This document shows positions 1-11,907 of a stretch of 64,000 nt of DNA, one piece after another; position 1 is the first letter of the stretch, and each line of letters starts with the position of its first letter. A model generated the notes under the pieces. That model saw only the letters and a program-made list of their open reading frames with translations, made no database searches and was not told the origin of the DNA. Both the position numbers and the translations under genes were made by a program. This DNA is from Gemmatimonadota bacterium (GTDB lineage Bacteria; Gemmatimonadota; Gemmatimonadetes; Gemmatimonadales; GWC2-71-9), in NCBI GenBank assembly GCA_039584325.1, contig JBDGYA010000032.1, forward strand, positions 671 to 64,670. Reading direction: 5' to 3'.

Positions 1-1791
<1,791 letters not shown>

Positions 1792-1793
1792 GA

Positions 1794-2744
1794 TCAGTCC
1801 TCGAAGTGCAGGTAACCGCGCGGCGGTGGCACGGGTCGTTCACCGTCGAACACCCGCACACCCGACCCGGCCTCCACCAGCCCCACGCGGGTGAGCGCGA
1901 TGCCGAACCGCTCGCGGAACGCCGCCGCGCCGCTCTCGTCGAACGCCGCGGGCAGTGCGCACAACAGCTCGTACTCTTCGCCCCCGACGAGCGCATCGTC
2001 GCGGCCGTCCGCACCAGCGTGGATCGGGACCCGTTCCGCCTCGATGCGGCAGGCCACCGCCGACGCCGCGGCCAGGTGCCCCGCGTCGGGGAGCAGTCCG
2101 TCGCTCAGGTCGATCAGTGCCGCAGCGCCGGCCTCCTGCAGCCACCGGGCCTCTACGACGCGGGGCACCGGCCGCGCGAACCGCGTGCGAGCCTCGCTCG
2201 AAGGGTTACGACCGTCGAGCCACGCGCGCACCGCCGTCGCGGGTGCACCGAGGGCACCGGTCACCCACAGCCCGTCGCCCGGGGCCGCACCGGAGCGGAA
2301 CAACGGACGCTCCGCCACCCCGAACACCACCGCGTCCACCACCAGGCGCTCGCTGCGCACGATGTCGCCGCCGCGGACCGTGGCACCCACCGAATCGCAC
2401 GCGGACGCCATGCCGTCCATGAGTGCGGCGAGGTGGTCACCGCGCCACTCGGGGGGCGCCCCGAGACTGGCGAGGAGCCCCTCGGGCTCTGCGGCGACGG
2501 CCGCGAGATCCGAGAGGGCGGCGGCGGCGATCCGCCAGCCCAGCTCCTCCGGCGCGAGCCAGTGGGCGTGGAAGTGCACGCCCTCGACGGCCATGTCCGT
2601 GGAGAGCGCGAGCTGTCGGCCGTGGACGGCGACGAAGCTGCAGTCGTCGCCCGAGGGTGCCGCCCGGTCACCGAGGCGCCGCCAGATAGCCCGGATCCGA
2701 TCGAACTCCCCTCCCTCGCCGAGTGCGGTGTGCACGTCACTCAT
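1794..2744 (-). CDS. thiL: Thiamine-monophosphate kinase
   Basis: GEFDRI, GDDC, STDMAVEGVHF, LSDLAA, GGD, IDLSDGL and GGEEYEL motifs. Start placed at ATG 2744, which overlaps the upstream stop (ATGA). Confidence 0.93.
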   Translation of the reverse strand: MSDVHTALGEGGEFDRIRAIWRRLGDRAAPSGDDCSFVAVHGRQLALSTDMAVEGVHFHAHWLAPEELGWRIAAAALSDLAAVAAEPEGLLASLGAPPEWRGDHLAALMDGMASACDSVGATVRGGDIVRSERLVVDAVVFGVAERPLFRSGAAPGDGLWVTGALGAPATAVRAWLDGRNPSSEARTRFARPVPRVVEARWLQEAGAAALIDLSDGLLPDAGHLAAASAVACRIEAERVPIHAGADGRDDALVGGEEYELLCALPAAFDESGAAAFRERFGIALTRVGLVEAGSGVRVFDGERPVPPPRGYLHFED

Positions 2745-4324
2745 CGGGGCAACACCCGCGTCTCGAAGCGCACCACCCCACGATCGGTGGCGATCCACAG
2801 AAACCGCTCGTCGACCGCCACATCCCACGGCTCGCCCGGCAGGTCGTCACGGCGCAGGGCCAGCGGGAACGTGCCCCGACCGGGCTGGAACCGGACGACG
2901 CCGCTCGTACCGGCGATCCAGACCCCCTCGGCATCCGACGCCAGGGCGATGATCCGCCCGACCTCCCCACCAAGGGAGCGCTCCACCGTCCACACGCCGC
3001 CGGCATCCCGCCAGCCGACGCGATCCCGCGTTGCGGCCACCAACATCCCGTCGCTCTCGGCGAGGGCGATCACGGCGTCGCGCAGCCACGGATCGTCCAC
3101 CACGGCTCCCGGCACCAGGATCTCGTCAGCACCGGGTGCCACGAACGCCAGTCCGCGCACGCCGCCGAGCCACACCGTGTCGGCGAGTGCCAGCACCGCG
3201 TAGATCGGCTCGCGCACCCGGGCATCCACGAGCATGCCGTCCCCCGCGTCGTCCACGAACAGGAGACCGCGCTCCGTGCCGGCCCAGATGCCGGCGGGGT
3301 TGCGGGCAACCGTGAACACGCCCACGGCGTCACCCACCAGCTCCGGCGCGAGCCGCGCCGCACGCCCGTCCGGGCCGATGCGCCAGGCACCGCGCTCGGT
3401 GGCTGCCAGCACGGCCTCGCCGTCGGCGGCCAGGTCGAGCACGCGCCGGAACCGATAGCCGGTGGCCGCCGGACCCTCCTCGTACCGGAAGCGCTGGAGA
3501 TCCCGACTCATGAGCGTGAGTCCCCAGCGACGTCCCCGGCCGCTGGCACCCACGACGACCACATCGTCCACGACGACCAGCGATGCGGCGTTCCGGTCGA
3601 GCAGGCCGAAGGCGAGGCGCTCGAACGCCCGCGTGACGGGGTCCACGAACAGCACGCCCATGCCGTCGGTGCCGAGGAACAGCTCCTCGGTGAGCTGCAA
3701 CTCGGCCGCCGCCGTGTAGCGATAGTCGCGCAGTCGCTCGTCGGTCAGCGCGAGCGGCGAGCGCGCCACGAGCCCCGGATCGCGGTGCATGACCGCCTCC
3801 AGGCTGGTCGACCGGATCTGTTGCTCGGGCGGAGGTAGACTCGCGACATCCATGAGGATCCCGCTGCCGCGCTGCACCATATACCAGCGGTAAGGGCTGC
3901 GCGCGTACAGTCCGACGAACGTGTCGTCCCGATCGAACATGATGTCGACGACGCCGCCCGGCACCGCAACCGACTCCACCAGCTCGAGTCGCGGGTCGTA
4001 GTGCAGCAGGCCCGACTGCGTTCCCAGCCATACGGAGCGATCCATCGGATCGACGATGGCGGGGCTGCCGATGGGCGGTGCGAAGCCCGGTGGGAGCGGG
4101 AGCGGCAGCTCCCAACGGTCGAGCCGCGTGTCGTACACGCCGATGCCGTCGGGAGTGAAGACGTAGAGCAGATCGCGCCCGCCCGCGAGTGCCAGCACGA
4201 CGCTGTAGTCACCCACCACGACGCGCTCCTCGGGACGCCAGCGGGACGAGGGATGCTGGGCGGCTGCGTTGCCGGCCCCGAGTACCGCGGCGGCCGCAAG
4301 GAGGATCCCGGCGGCGCGGGGCAT
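2741..4324 (-). CDS. Secreted hypothetical protein, probable beta-propeller
   Basis: Signal peptide MPRAAGILLAAAAVLGAGNAAA|Q. Repeated blade-like motifs (VWLGTQSGL, IWAGTERGL, VWIAGTSGV, LWIATDRGV). Start coupled to the nnr stop. Confidence 0.7.
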   Translation of the reverse strand: MPRAAGILLAAAAVLGAGNAAAQHPSSRWRPEERVVVGDYSVVLALAGGRDLLYVFTPDGIGVYDTRLDRWELPLPLPPGFAPPIGSPAIVDPMDRSVWLGTQSGLLHYDPRLELVESVAVPGGVVDIMFDRDDTFVGLYARSPYRWYMVQRGSGILMDVASLPPPEQQIRSTSLEAVMHRDPGLVARSPLALTDERLRDYRYTAAAELQLTEELFLGTDGMGVLFVDPVTRAFERLAFGLLDRNAASLVVVDDVVVVGASGRGRRWGLTLMSRDLQRFRYEEGPAATGYRFRRVLDLAADGEAVLAATERGAWRIGPDGRAARLAPELVGDAVGVFTVARNPAGIWAGTERGLLFVDDAGDGMLVDARVREPIYAVLALADTVWLGGVRGLAFVAPGADEILVPGAVVDDPWLRDAVIALAESDGMLVAATRDRVGWRDAGGVWTVERSLGGEVGRIIALASDAEGVWIAGTSGVVRFQPGRGTFPLALRRDDLPGEPWDVAVDERFLWIATDRGVVRFETRVLPR

Positions 4325-5859
4325 CAGACGAGTGCGGGCGCGGGGAACTCGTACAACACGGGCGGCTCGACGGTGGGCGGTGCGGCGAGCCGGTGCCACA
4401 GTTCCGGAACCGCCGCAAGCACGTCGGCGGGCCGGGTGGCCCGCACGGTGAGCTGCTCGGAGGCCAACTCCGCCGCACGGCCGAGCGTGTAGGACCCGAG
4501 TCCCGCGGCGTCGTGGGGCGCGAGCCCGCGTGCGAGGAAGCTCGCAATGAAGCCGCACAGCAGATCGCCGCTGCCACCGGTAGCCAGTGCGGGGTTGCCC
4601 GTGGCCACGACCCGGAGCGCCTCCGTGGGAGTGGCGATCACCGTAGGCACGCCCTTGAGCAGCACGGTCGCCGAAGACGCCAGGGCATCGGGCGCCCCGG
4701 CCGCGGCACCGAAGCGGTCCTGGTCGAGCAGCCCGGCCAGCTCGGGGATCGCCGCTCGGAACTCGCCCGGGTGGGGGGTGAACACGCGCGGCGCGGCGCC
4801 GGCACCAAGGGCTTCCTTGCCGGTGTGCAGCGCGTCGGCATCGATGACCGCGGGGCACGCGAGCCGGTCGAGCACCGCCTCGACGAAGGCGGTGCGCTCC
4901 TCCCCCCGACCGAGCCCCGGTCCGAGCACGACCGCGTCGGCCCAGCCGAGCGCTTCCTCGAGGGCCGGCTCCAGCGTGGGGCCCAAGGTGCTCGTCACCG
5001 TCAGCGCGTCGGGCAGCGTGGCCTGCGCGGCCTGTACCGTGGGGGCCTGCGCGGCCAGCTTGACGAGACCCGCTCCCACCGCGAAGGCCGCCGATGCGGC
5101 GTGCAGCGCCGCGCCGGCCATGCCCTCCGCACCACCCACCACCACGATCCGGCCCCGGTCACCCTTGTGCATGTCGGCCGCGAACGGGGGCAGCAGCCGG
5201 CGGGCGTCGTCGTGGGTGAACAGCGCCGGCCAGTCGGGGTGCGGCGGTGGGAATCCGATGTCGGCGACGACGATGGTGCCGCACCAGTCGCGTTGGAGCA
5301 GGTGCCCACGGCGCGCGCCGCCGAAGGTGACGGTCAGCGTCGCCCGCACGGGGCCGTGCGCTTCGCCGGTGGTGAGATCGAGACCGGTCGGGCCGTCCAC
5401 CGCCACCACCGGACCGTCGTGCCGGGCCACCTTCGCCGCCAGCGCCCCGATGTCACCGCGGGGCGCACCGGATGCACCCGTGCCCAGCAGCGCATCGACC
5501 ACGATACCGGCGCGCGGCCAGTCGTCGTCGGCCGCGATCGTCTCGACCCCGTCGGCGAGGGCCAGGGTGCGGTTGGCGGCGCAGTCGGGCGATCGATCGT
5601 GATTCAGCTCGGCCACGCGCACGCGCACGCCCAGCGCATGCAACGCCCGTGCGGCGACCCATCCGTCCCCACCGTTGTTGCCGTGCCCGGCCACCACGAG
5701 CACGCCCTCATGCAGCGCGTCGGCATGAGTGCGCGCCAGAACGGCGGCGACCGCCCGGCCCGCCGCTTCCATGAGCACGCGACTCGGCACGCCGTGCTCC
5801 TCTCGGGCACGCGCGTCCCACTCGGCGGCCTGCGTAGCGTTCAGAACGGGTAGGAACAT
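4324..5859 (-). CDS. nnr: Bifunctional NAD(P)HX epimerase / ADP-dependent NAD(P)HX dehydratase (YjeF)
   Basis: LMEAAG, GHGNNGGDG, VDALLGTG, HKGDRG, GPGLG, DADAL, TPHPGEF and ATGGSGD motifs. Confidence 0.95.
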   Translation of the reverse strand: MFLPVLNATQAAEWDARAREEHGVPSRVLMEAAGRAVAAVLARTHADALHEGVLVVAGHGNNGGDGWVAARALHALGVRVRVAELNHDRSPDCAANRTLALADGVETIAADDDWPRAGIVVDALLGTGASGAPRGDIGALAAKVARHDGPVVAVDGPTGLDLTTGEAHGPVRATLTVTFGGARRGHLLQRDWCGTIVVADIGFPPPHPDWPALFTHDDARRLLPPFAADMHKGDRGRIVVVGGAEGMAGAALHAASAAFAVGAGLVKLAAQAPTVQAAQATLPDALTVTSTLGPTLEPALEEALGWADAVVLGPGLGRGEERTAFVEAVLDRLACPAVIDADALHTGKEALGAGAAPRVFTPHPGEFRAAIPELAGLLDQDRFGAAAGAPDALASSATVLLKGVPTVIATPTEALRVVATGNPALATGGSGDLLCGFIASFLARGLAPHDAAGLGSYTLGRAAELASEQLTVRATRPADVLAAVPELWHRLAAPPTVEPPVLYEFPAPALV

Positions 5860-5871
5860 GGTTCCGGACGG

Positions 5872-5947
5872 CTCAGGCCTCGGCGACCGGAGGGTCGATG
5901 GTCGCGCGGCGGTCGGGGATCGACGCGCCGGGCGGCGAGTGCCTGAG
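5872..5947. other. 76-nt imperfect inverted repeat (rod-like hairpin) in the intergenic region upstream of nnr
   Basis: Nested pairs CTCAGGC/GCCTGAG, CTCG/CGAG, CCGG/CCGG and GTCGAT/ATCGAC. Confidence 0.45.
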
Positions 5948-5979
5948 GTGGGCGATGGCGGCGAGTCGGGGCGCGTCGG

Positions 5980-6174
5980 CTACTTGAAGCTCTGGCCGAT
6001 GACGCGGCCGAAGGAAATCTCACCGTTGTCGATCCGCAGGTTGAAGCCGCACTCCGGACTCGTGCACGCCCAAGCCTTGTACTGGATCGGCGCACCGTCG
6101 CGCCCGTAATCCGAAAGCGGAATCAACACCCCCTTCTCGCATTTGAGGCACGCGGGGAACTGTCTCTCCTCCAT
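5980..6174 (-). CDS. Small hypothetical protein, probable zinc ribbon (64 aa)
   Basis: CLKC...CTSPEC; strong GGAGG RBS upstream of the ATG. Confidence 0.8.
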   Translation of the reverse strand: MEERQFPACLKCEKGVLIPLSDYGRDGAPIQYKAWACTSPECGFNLRIDNGEISFGRVIGQSFK

Positions 6175-6217
6175 GCGACTCCTCCCTCCCCAATTCGCCG
6201 ACCTCGGCGGTTCTCAG

Positions 6218-6233
6218 CACACACACACACACA
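6218..6233. repeat. (CA)8 dinucleotide microsatellite
   Basis: cacacacacacacaca, read directly between two CDSs. Confidence 0.9.
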
Positions 6234-6257
6234 GTACCCGCGCCGCGCGGGCTGCGT

Positions 6258-6662
6258 TCACCGTCCTCCACCCGTATCCGCGCGCACGATCCCCGCCCAG
6301 GGGTACTCCCCCTCGAAGGCCTGCGCGAAATCGAACACATCCTCGAAATGTTCCACCCGATCGGTCGGGTGCTGCGTCAGGAGCCCCACGTCGATGAGGA
6401 CGAACACGATCCGACCGAAGTCCTCCGTCGACTCGACGCCCCAATGCGACAGCACCGTTCGGGCCGTGAGCCCGAACTGCTCCAGCGCGAACTCCCGGCA
6501 CGCGTGGGCCAGCTCTCCTCCGGAGATGTGCCCGCGCACCTTGCGTCGCCGCTGGCAGAACTCGAGCGCCGCCAGCACGAACAGGTACGCCCGCTCGTGG
6601 TAGCGACCGTCCCGCTCCCGGATCCGGTCGACGATCTCGCCTGCTAGCTGTAGCTCGTGCAC
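6258..6662 (-). CDS. Minf_1886-family hypothetical protein
   Basis: DGRYHERAYLFVLAAL...HISGGEL...QFGLTARTVL.HWGV.ST.DFGRIVF.LI pattern, recalled as typical of this family. Confidence 0.75.
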   Translation of the reverse strand: MHELQLAGEIVDRIRERDGRYHERAYLFVLAALEFCQRRRKVRGHISGGELAHACREFALEQFGLTARTVLSHWGVESTEDFGRIVFVLIDVGLLTQHPTDRVEHFEDVFDFAQAFEGEYPWAGIVRADTGGGR

Positions 6663-6702
6663 ACCGAATAGTTGGTGACCGAACTCCCCTGAGGCAAGGG
6701 GA

Positions 6703-7974
6703 TCAGGTCACTCCCGCCGGGACGCCGTACAGTGGGAACCCCTGCGCGAGCTCGAGCACCTCCCGGTGCACCCGCTCGATCGTCGCGTCCGTGGGATCCT
6801 GCAGCACGTCGTCGATCCATGCGGCGACATGCCGCATCTCCTCCGCACCCATGCCCCGCGTGGTGAGGGCCGACGTCCCGATCCGGATGCCGCTCGTCAC
6901 GAACGGCGAGCGCGGGTCGCCGGGCACGGTGTTCTTGTTCACGTGCAGGCCGGCACGCCCGAGCGCCTCCTCGGCCTCCTTGCCGGTGCACTCCCGATCC
7001 CGCAGATCCACCAGCAGGAGATGGGTGTCGGTCCCACCCGAGACCAGGCGATACCCCCGCTCGACCAGCACCTCGCCCAGGGTCCGGGCGTTGGCCACGA
7101 CCTGGGCCGCGTAGGTCCGGAACTCGGGCGTCAGGGCCTCGGCGAACGCGACGGCCTTTGCGGCAATCACGTGCTCCAATGGCCCGCCCTGCGTGCCGGG
7201 AAACACCTGCTTGTCGACGGCCTTGCCCAGCGCTTCGCGGCAGAGCGTGAACCCGCCGCGCGGGCCGCGCAGTGTCTTGTGCGTGGTGCTGGTGACGACG
7301 TCCGCGTGCGGGACAGGGGACGGACAGACGCCGGCGGCCACGAGGCCCGCGAAATGCGCCATGTCCACCATGAACGTCGCCTCGACCTCGCGGGCGATGT
7401 CCGCGAAGCCGGCGAAGTCGATGTGGCGCGGATAGGCGCTGCCGCCCGCAATGATGAGCTGGGGTCGCTCCTCCCGTGCCAGCGCTCGCACGCCGTCGAG
7501 ATCGAAGAGCCCCGTCGCCTCGTCCACGCCGTACTGCACTGCGCGGAAGAGACGCCCACTGGCGTTCACCTTCGCCCCGTGGGTGAGGTGCCCGCCGTGC
7601 GGCAGCATCAGGCCCATCAGCGTGTCGCCCGGCTCCATCACCGCCAGGTACGCGGCCATGTTGGCCTGGGCCCCGCTGTGCGGCTGGACGTTCGCATGTT
7701 CGGCCCCGAACAGCTCGAGCGCCCGGTCGATCGCGAGCTGCTCGATTTCATCCACGACTTCACAGCCGCCGTAGTAGCGCCGGCGGGGATACCCCTCGGC
7801 GTATTTGTTCGTGAGCACGGACCCCATGGCCTCGAGCACCGCTCGCGAGACGAAGTTCTCGCTGGCAATCAGCTCGAGCCCGGTCTCCTGCCGAGCCGTC
7901 TCTTGCTGGATCAACTCGTAGACGGTCGGATCGGCCGCCTTGAGCGCCCGCATCCGTGTTGCGTGGTCAGCCAT
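6703..7974 (-). CDS. glyA: Serine hydroxymethyltransferase
   Basis: [28 protein letters not shown] and [12 protein letters not shown] motifs. Confidence 0.98.
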   Translation of the reverse strand: MADHATRMRALKAADPTVYELIQQETARQETGLELIASENFVSRAVLEAMGSVLTNKYAEGYPRRRYYGGCEVVDEIEQLAIDRALELFGAEHANVQPHSGAQANMAAYLAVMEPGDTLMGLMLPHGGHLTHGAKVNASGRLFRAVQYGVDEATGLFDLDGVRALAREERPQLIIAGGSAYPRHIDFAGFADIAREVEATFMVDMAHFAGLVAAGVCPSPVPHADVVTSTTHKTLRGPRGGFTLCREALGKAVDKQVFPGTQGGPLEHVIAAKAVAFAEALTPEFRTYAAQVVANARTLGEVLVERGYRLVSGGTDTHLLLVDLRDRECTGKEAEEALGRAGLHVNKNTVPGDPRSPFVTSGIRIGTSALTTRGMGAEEMRHVAAWIDDVLQDPTDATIERVHREVLELAQGFPLYGVPAGVT

Positions 7975-7994
7975 GCGAACCCCGCTTCGAAAGG

Positions 7995-9047
7995 TCAGGC
8001 CTTGGCGGCCATGGCCTCGGTGATCCTCTGATCCGCCAGCCGGTCAGCCGCTCGGTACGTCGGTATCCCCTGCTCGCTTGCCAGCTGCAGGACGCGGAGA
8101 ATCGTGTCGTAGATCTCGCCCGCTTTCGTATGCGAGCGTTCGAGCGACCACCCCTCAACTTCCGCGTTCACGTTGATCAGGCCCCCGGCATTGATCGCGT
8201 AATCGGGCGCGTAAATGACGCCGCGCTCGTGGAGGATGTCCCCATGCCGCTCCTCCTCGAGCTGGTTGTTCGCCGCACCGGCGACGATGTCGACCTTGAG
8301 GGCGGGGATCGTGTCGTCGTTGATCACCGCTCCCAGCGCACACGGCGCGAAGATGTCGGCATTGGCCCCGTAGATGTCGCGCGGCGCGACCGCGACCGCA
8401 CCGAACTCCTCCATCACCGCCTTGAGCTTGTCATTGTCGATGTCGCTGACGATCAGCTTCGCGCCTTCCTCGTGCAGGTGCTTGCACAGATAGTATCCCA
8501 CATGGCCCGTGCCCTGCACCGTCACGGTCTTCCCGGACAGGTCATCGCTGCCGTACGCGACCTGGGCACAGGCCTTCATACCGCGGTACACGCCCAGGGC
8601 CGTGACCGGAGAGGGGTCGCCGGAGCGGCCGGCCAGGCCGACCACATGCGGTGTCTCCTCTCGGATGAACTCCATGTCGGCAGTGCTGGTGCCGACGTCC
8701 TCCGCGGTGATGTAGCGCCCCCCGAGGGACTGGACGTGGCGCCCGTGCGCGCGGAAGATCGGCGCCCGCTCCTTGTGGTTCGGGTCGCCGACGATGACGC
8801 TCTTGCCGCCGCCGAGATTCAGGCCGGCGAGGGCCGCCTTGTAGGTCATGCCGCGGGACAGCCGCAGCACGTCGATCAGGGTCTCGAGATCGTTCTCGTA
8901 GCTCCACATGCGCGTCCCGCCCAGCGCGGGTCCGAGCATGGTGCTGTGGATCGCAATGATGCCCTTGTAGCCGGCATCGCGATCGTACCAGATGCTCACC
9001 TGCTCGTGGCGGTGCTCGCCGATCAGTTCAAACAAGCCGTCGTCCAA
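7995..9047 (-). CDS. ldh: Leucine dehydrogenase (Glu/Leu/Phe/Val dehydrogenase family)
   Basis: [38 protein letters not shown] and GAANNQL motifs. Start uncertain: TTG 9047 or 9035 fits better than ATG 9125, which lies inside the upstream gene. Confidence 0.88.
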   Translation of the reverse strand: MDDGLFELIGEHRHEQVSIWYDRDAGYKGIIAIHSTMLGPALGGTRMWSYENDLETLIDVLRLSRGMTYKAALAGLNLGGGKSVIVGDPNHKERAPIFRAHGRHVQSLGGRYITAEDVGTSTADMEFIREETPHVVGLAGRSGDPSPVTALGVYRGMKACAQVAYGSDDLSGKTVTVQGTGHVGYYLCKHLHEEGAKLIVSDIDNDKLKAVMEEFGAVAVAPRDIYGANADIFAPCALGAVINDDTIPALKVDIVAGAANNQLEEERHGDILHERGVIYAPDYAINAGGLINVNAEVEGWSLERSHTKAGEIYDTILRVLQLASEQGIPTYRAADRLADQRITEAMAAKA

Positions 9048-9066
9048 GGATTTGGTGATTTCCGCT

Positions 9067-10236
9067 CTACCTGGGGTAGAGCCCCCGTGCAATGACGATT
9101 CGCTGGACTTCGCTCGTGCCTTCATAGATTTCCGTCACCTTTGCGTCGCGAAACAGCCGTTCAACAGGATAGTCGCGCATGTAGCCATAGCCTCCGTAGA
9201 TCTGTACCGCCTGGTTCGTCACCCACATGGCGCTCTCGGTGGCAAACAACTTGGCCATGCTCGCGCGCTCGGTTACCGATCGCTCCGCCTCCACCGCTCG
9301 GGCCGTTTCGAACAGCAGGGCCCGTGCCGCCGAGAGGCGGGTCGTCATATCCGCCAGCTTGAAGCTGATCGCCTGGAAGTCCTTGAGCGGCTTCCCGAAC
9401 TGCTGGCGCTCCTCAGCGTAGCGGATGGCGTGCTCCAGCGCTCCACGGCCGACACCGATCGCCTGAGCGGCGACGCCCATGCGGCCGTTGTCCAGGGCCC
9501 GGAGCGCATAGAGATACCCCTCGCCCTCCTTCCCAAGCAAGTATTCGTCCGACAACCGCACGTCGCGCAGCATCACCGTGGTGGTGCGCGACGATCGCAG
9601 GCCCATCTTGTCCTCCGGCTTGCCCGGCTCCACCCCCTCGGCATCCGCCGGCACCAGAAAGACGGAAATCCCCCGGCGGCCACGACGGTCGTCGGGGGTG
9701 TCGGTGCGGACCACGGTGACCACGAGCTGTGCCGTGTCCCCATTGGTCACCCACGCCTTCTCGCCGCTCAGCACCCACGTGTCACCGTCGCGCCGGGCCT
9801 GGGCGCGGATGCTCGCCGCATCGGAACCCGAGTCGGCCTCCGAGAGCGAGAACGCGGCGAGCACCTCCCCGCTCGCCATCGGCGGAAGCCAGCGCCGACG
9901 CTGCTCCTCCGAGGCGCAGGCGAGCAGCATCGAGACCGGCAGGGAGTTGTGGACCGAGAGCGCGATCGACGTACCGGCATCGGCCGCCGCCAGCTCCTCG
10001 AGCACGGTGAGGTACGTGAACGTATCCAGCCCGAGGCCCCCGTACTCCTCCGGAATGCGCAGCCCATAGAATCCCAGCTCGGCGAGCTTCCCCATCACGT
10101 CGGCGGGATAGTGCTTCTCCCGGTCCCACTCCGGGGCGTAGGGCGCAATCTCCTGCCGGGCGAACTCACGAGCGAGGCCGACGATCTCGCGGCACTCCTC
10201 GCTCGCGTCCAGCAGCAGCGGTTCAACGATAGTCAT
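9067..10236 (-). CDS. Acyl-CoA dehydrogenase
   Basis: IPEEYGG, FSLSEADSGSD, KAWVTN, KMGLRSS, QIYGGYGY and IYEGTSEVQR motifs; start MTIVEP at 10236. Confidence 0.93.
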   Translation of the reverse strand: MTIVEPLLLDASEECREIVGLAREFARQEIAPYAPEWDREKHYPADVMGKLAELGFYGLRIPEEYGGLGLDTFTYLTVLEELAAADAGTSIALSVHNSLPVSMLLACASEEQRRRWLPPMASGEVLAAFSLSEADSGSDAASIRAQARRDGDTWVLSGEKAWVTNGDTAQLVVTVVRTDTPDDRRGRRGISVFLVPADAEGVEPGKPEDKMGLRSSRTTTVMLRDVRLSDEYLLGKEGEGYLYALRALDNGRMGVAAQAIGVGRGALEHAIRYAEERQQFGKPLKDFQAISFKLADMTTRLSAARALLFETARAVEAERSVTERASMAKLFATESAMWVTNQAVQIYGGYGYMRDYPVERLFRDAKVTEIYEGTSEVQRIVIARGLYPR

Positions 10237-11068
10237 GGAACCCCTGGCCGCTCTTCCGGCCCAGCCGGCCGGAGGCGACCATCTTCCGGAGCAGCGGGCA
10301 TGGCCGGTACTTCGGATCACCCAGGCCCTCGTGCATCACCTCCAGAATGAACAGGCACACGTCGAGCCCGATCAGGTCGGCCAGCGCCAGCGGCCCCATC
10401 GGATGGTTCATGCCCAGCTTCATGACGGTGTCCACGTCCTCCGGGGTGGCGACCCCTTCCATCACGCAGTACACCGCCTCGTTGATCATCGGCATCAGGA
10501 TCCGGTTGGCCACGAAGCCCGGGTAGTCGTTCACCTCGACCGGCGTCTTGCCGAGCCCCGACGCCGTCTCCATGACTGTGGCCGTCGTCTCGCCGCTGGT
10601 GCCGAGTCCGCGAATGATCTCGACCAGCTGCATCATCGGGACCGGGTTCATGAAGTGCATCCCGATCACCTTGTCGGGCCGCTCGGTGTGGGCCGCGATC
10701 TCGGTGATGGAGATCGACGAGGTATTCGTGGCGAGGATCGCCCCCGCCGGGGCGATGCGATCGAGCTGCCGGAAGACGTCGAACTTGAGGTCAGCCTGCT
10801 CGCTCGCCGCCTCGATGACCAGCTCCGCCGAGGACGCACCGTCCAGTGAGGTGGCGGTCGTGATCCGATCGAGCGCCGCCTGCTTGTCGTCCTCCGAGAG
10901 TTTCCCCTTCTTGATCTGGCGATCCATGTTCTTGCCGATGGTCGCCAGTGCTTTCTCCAGTTGCTGCTCGACGACGTCGATCAGCGTGACATTCCACCCG
11001 TTGCCAGCGAAGACGTGCGCAATCCCGTTGCCCATCGTCCCTGCCCCGATCACTGCTACGTTCTTCAT
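10223..11068 (-). CDS. hbd: 3-hydroxybutyryl-CoA dehydrogenase
   Basis: VIGAGTMGNGI, ATNTSSISIT, GMHFMNP, PGFVANR and HPMGPL motifs. Confidence 0.95.
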   Translation of the reverse strand: MKNVAVIGAGTMGNGIAHVFAGNGWNVTLIDVVEQQLEKALATIGKNMDRQIKKGKLSEDDKQAALDRITTATSLDGASSAELVIEAASEQADLKFDVFRQLDRIAPAGAILATNTSSISITEIAAHTERPDKVIGMHFMNPVPMMQLVEIIRGLGTSGETTATVMETASGLGKTPVEVNDYPGFVANRILMPMINEAVYCVMEGVATPEDVDTVMKLGMNHPMGPLALADLIGLDVCLFILEVMHEGLGDPKYRPCPLLRKMVASGRLGRKSGQGFHDYR

Positions 11069-11907
11069 GTCGGCTCTCCCTTCCCGACCGCGGCCGCCCG
11101 TCGGCCGAGCCAGATCAACGCGAGCGCCATGGCCCCCGAAGCCGCGAGCCCTCCCTCGGGCCCGAACGCACCTCCGGTCAGCCACGGCGTCCGTCCGGTG
11201 TAGAACTCCAACGCGGGCACATCGAAGGTGAGACCACTCACCGGAGCGTCTGCCCCCAGAGCCAGCCCGCCGTTCCACCCCCAGTGCACGCCCCACGCCA
11301 GCGGCAGGCCGCCGGGCGTGAAGAACGCCGCACTCAACACCAGCGACGCGAGGACGATGTTTGCCAGTCCCAGCGTCGACACATCCGGGTTGGCGAGATG
11401 CACCGCCGCGAACGCGAACGCGAGCAGCACACTCGCACCCACCCGGCCGAGTGGCTCCGCCAGCCGTGCCAGCGGAAAGCCACGAAACAGCAACTCCTCA
11501 GCCAGCGCCGCTACGGCCAGGCCGAGCGCGAGCGCGGCCGCTGCCCCGACGTAGGCACCCACCGGCTCACCCGTGAGGAGCAGCCGCGCTCCTCCGCCCA
11601 CCACTGCCAGTGCCAGGGCGAGTGCCGCCATCGCGAGGCCGATCCCGAACCCGCCGACGAGCGCCGCCGCCGCGGGGCGAGCCGACGGCCACCGCACTTG
11701 GCGCATCGACGACCAGCCGCGCGCGACGAACGCGCCATTCACGAGCAGCGCCGCCACGAGAACCGGCAGCGTTGCCGCCGCGACACCGAGGCGGCCGTCG
11801 TTCCAGGCATTGGGCTGCACCGCCCCGATGCCGATGGCGATCACCGCTATCAGCCCGTAGTAGGCCAGGACGGCGCCGACCGCCGAAACGACGACGCGCG
11901 CTCTCAA
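11065..11907 (-). CDS. CPBP (CAAX/Abi) family intramembrane metalloprotease
   Basis: EELLFRG, FAAVH and HWGWN motifs; multiple TM helices. Confidence 0.88.
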   Translation of the reverse strand: MRARVVVSAVGAVLAYYGLIAVIAIGIGAVQPNAWNDGRLGVAAATLPVLVAALLVNGAFVARGWSSMRQVRWPSARPAAAALVGGFGIGLAMAALALALAVVGGGARLLLTGEPVGAYVGAAAALALGLAVAALAEELLFRGFPLARLAEPLGRVGASVLLAFAFAAVHLANPDVSTLGLANIVLASLVLSAAFFTPGGLPLAWGVHWGWNGGLALGADAPVSGLTFDVPALEFYTGRTPWLTGGAFGPEGGLAASGAMALALIWLGRRAAAVGKGEPT

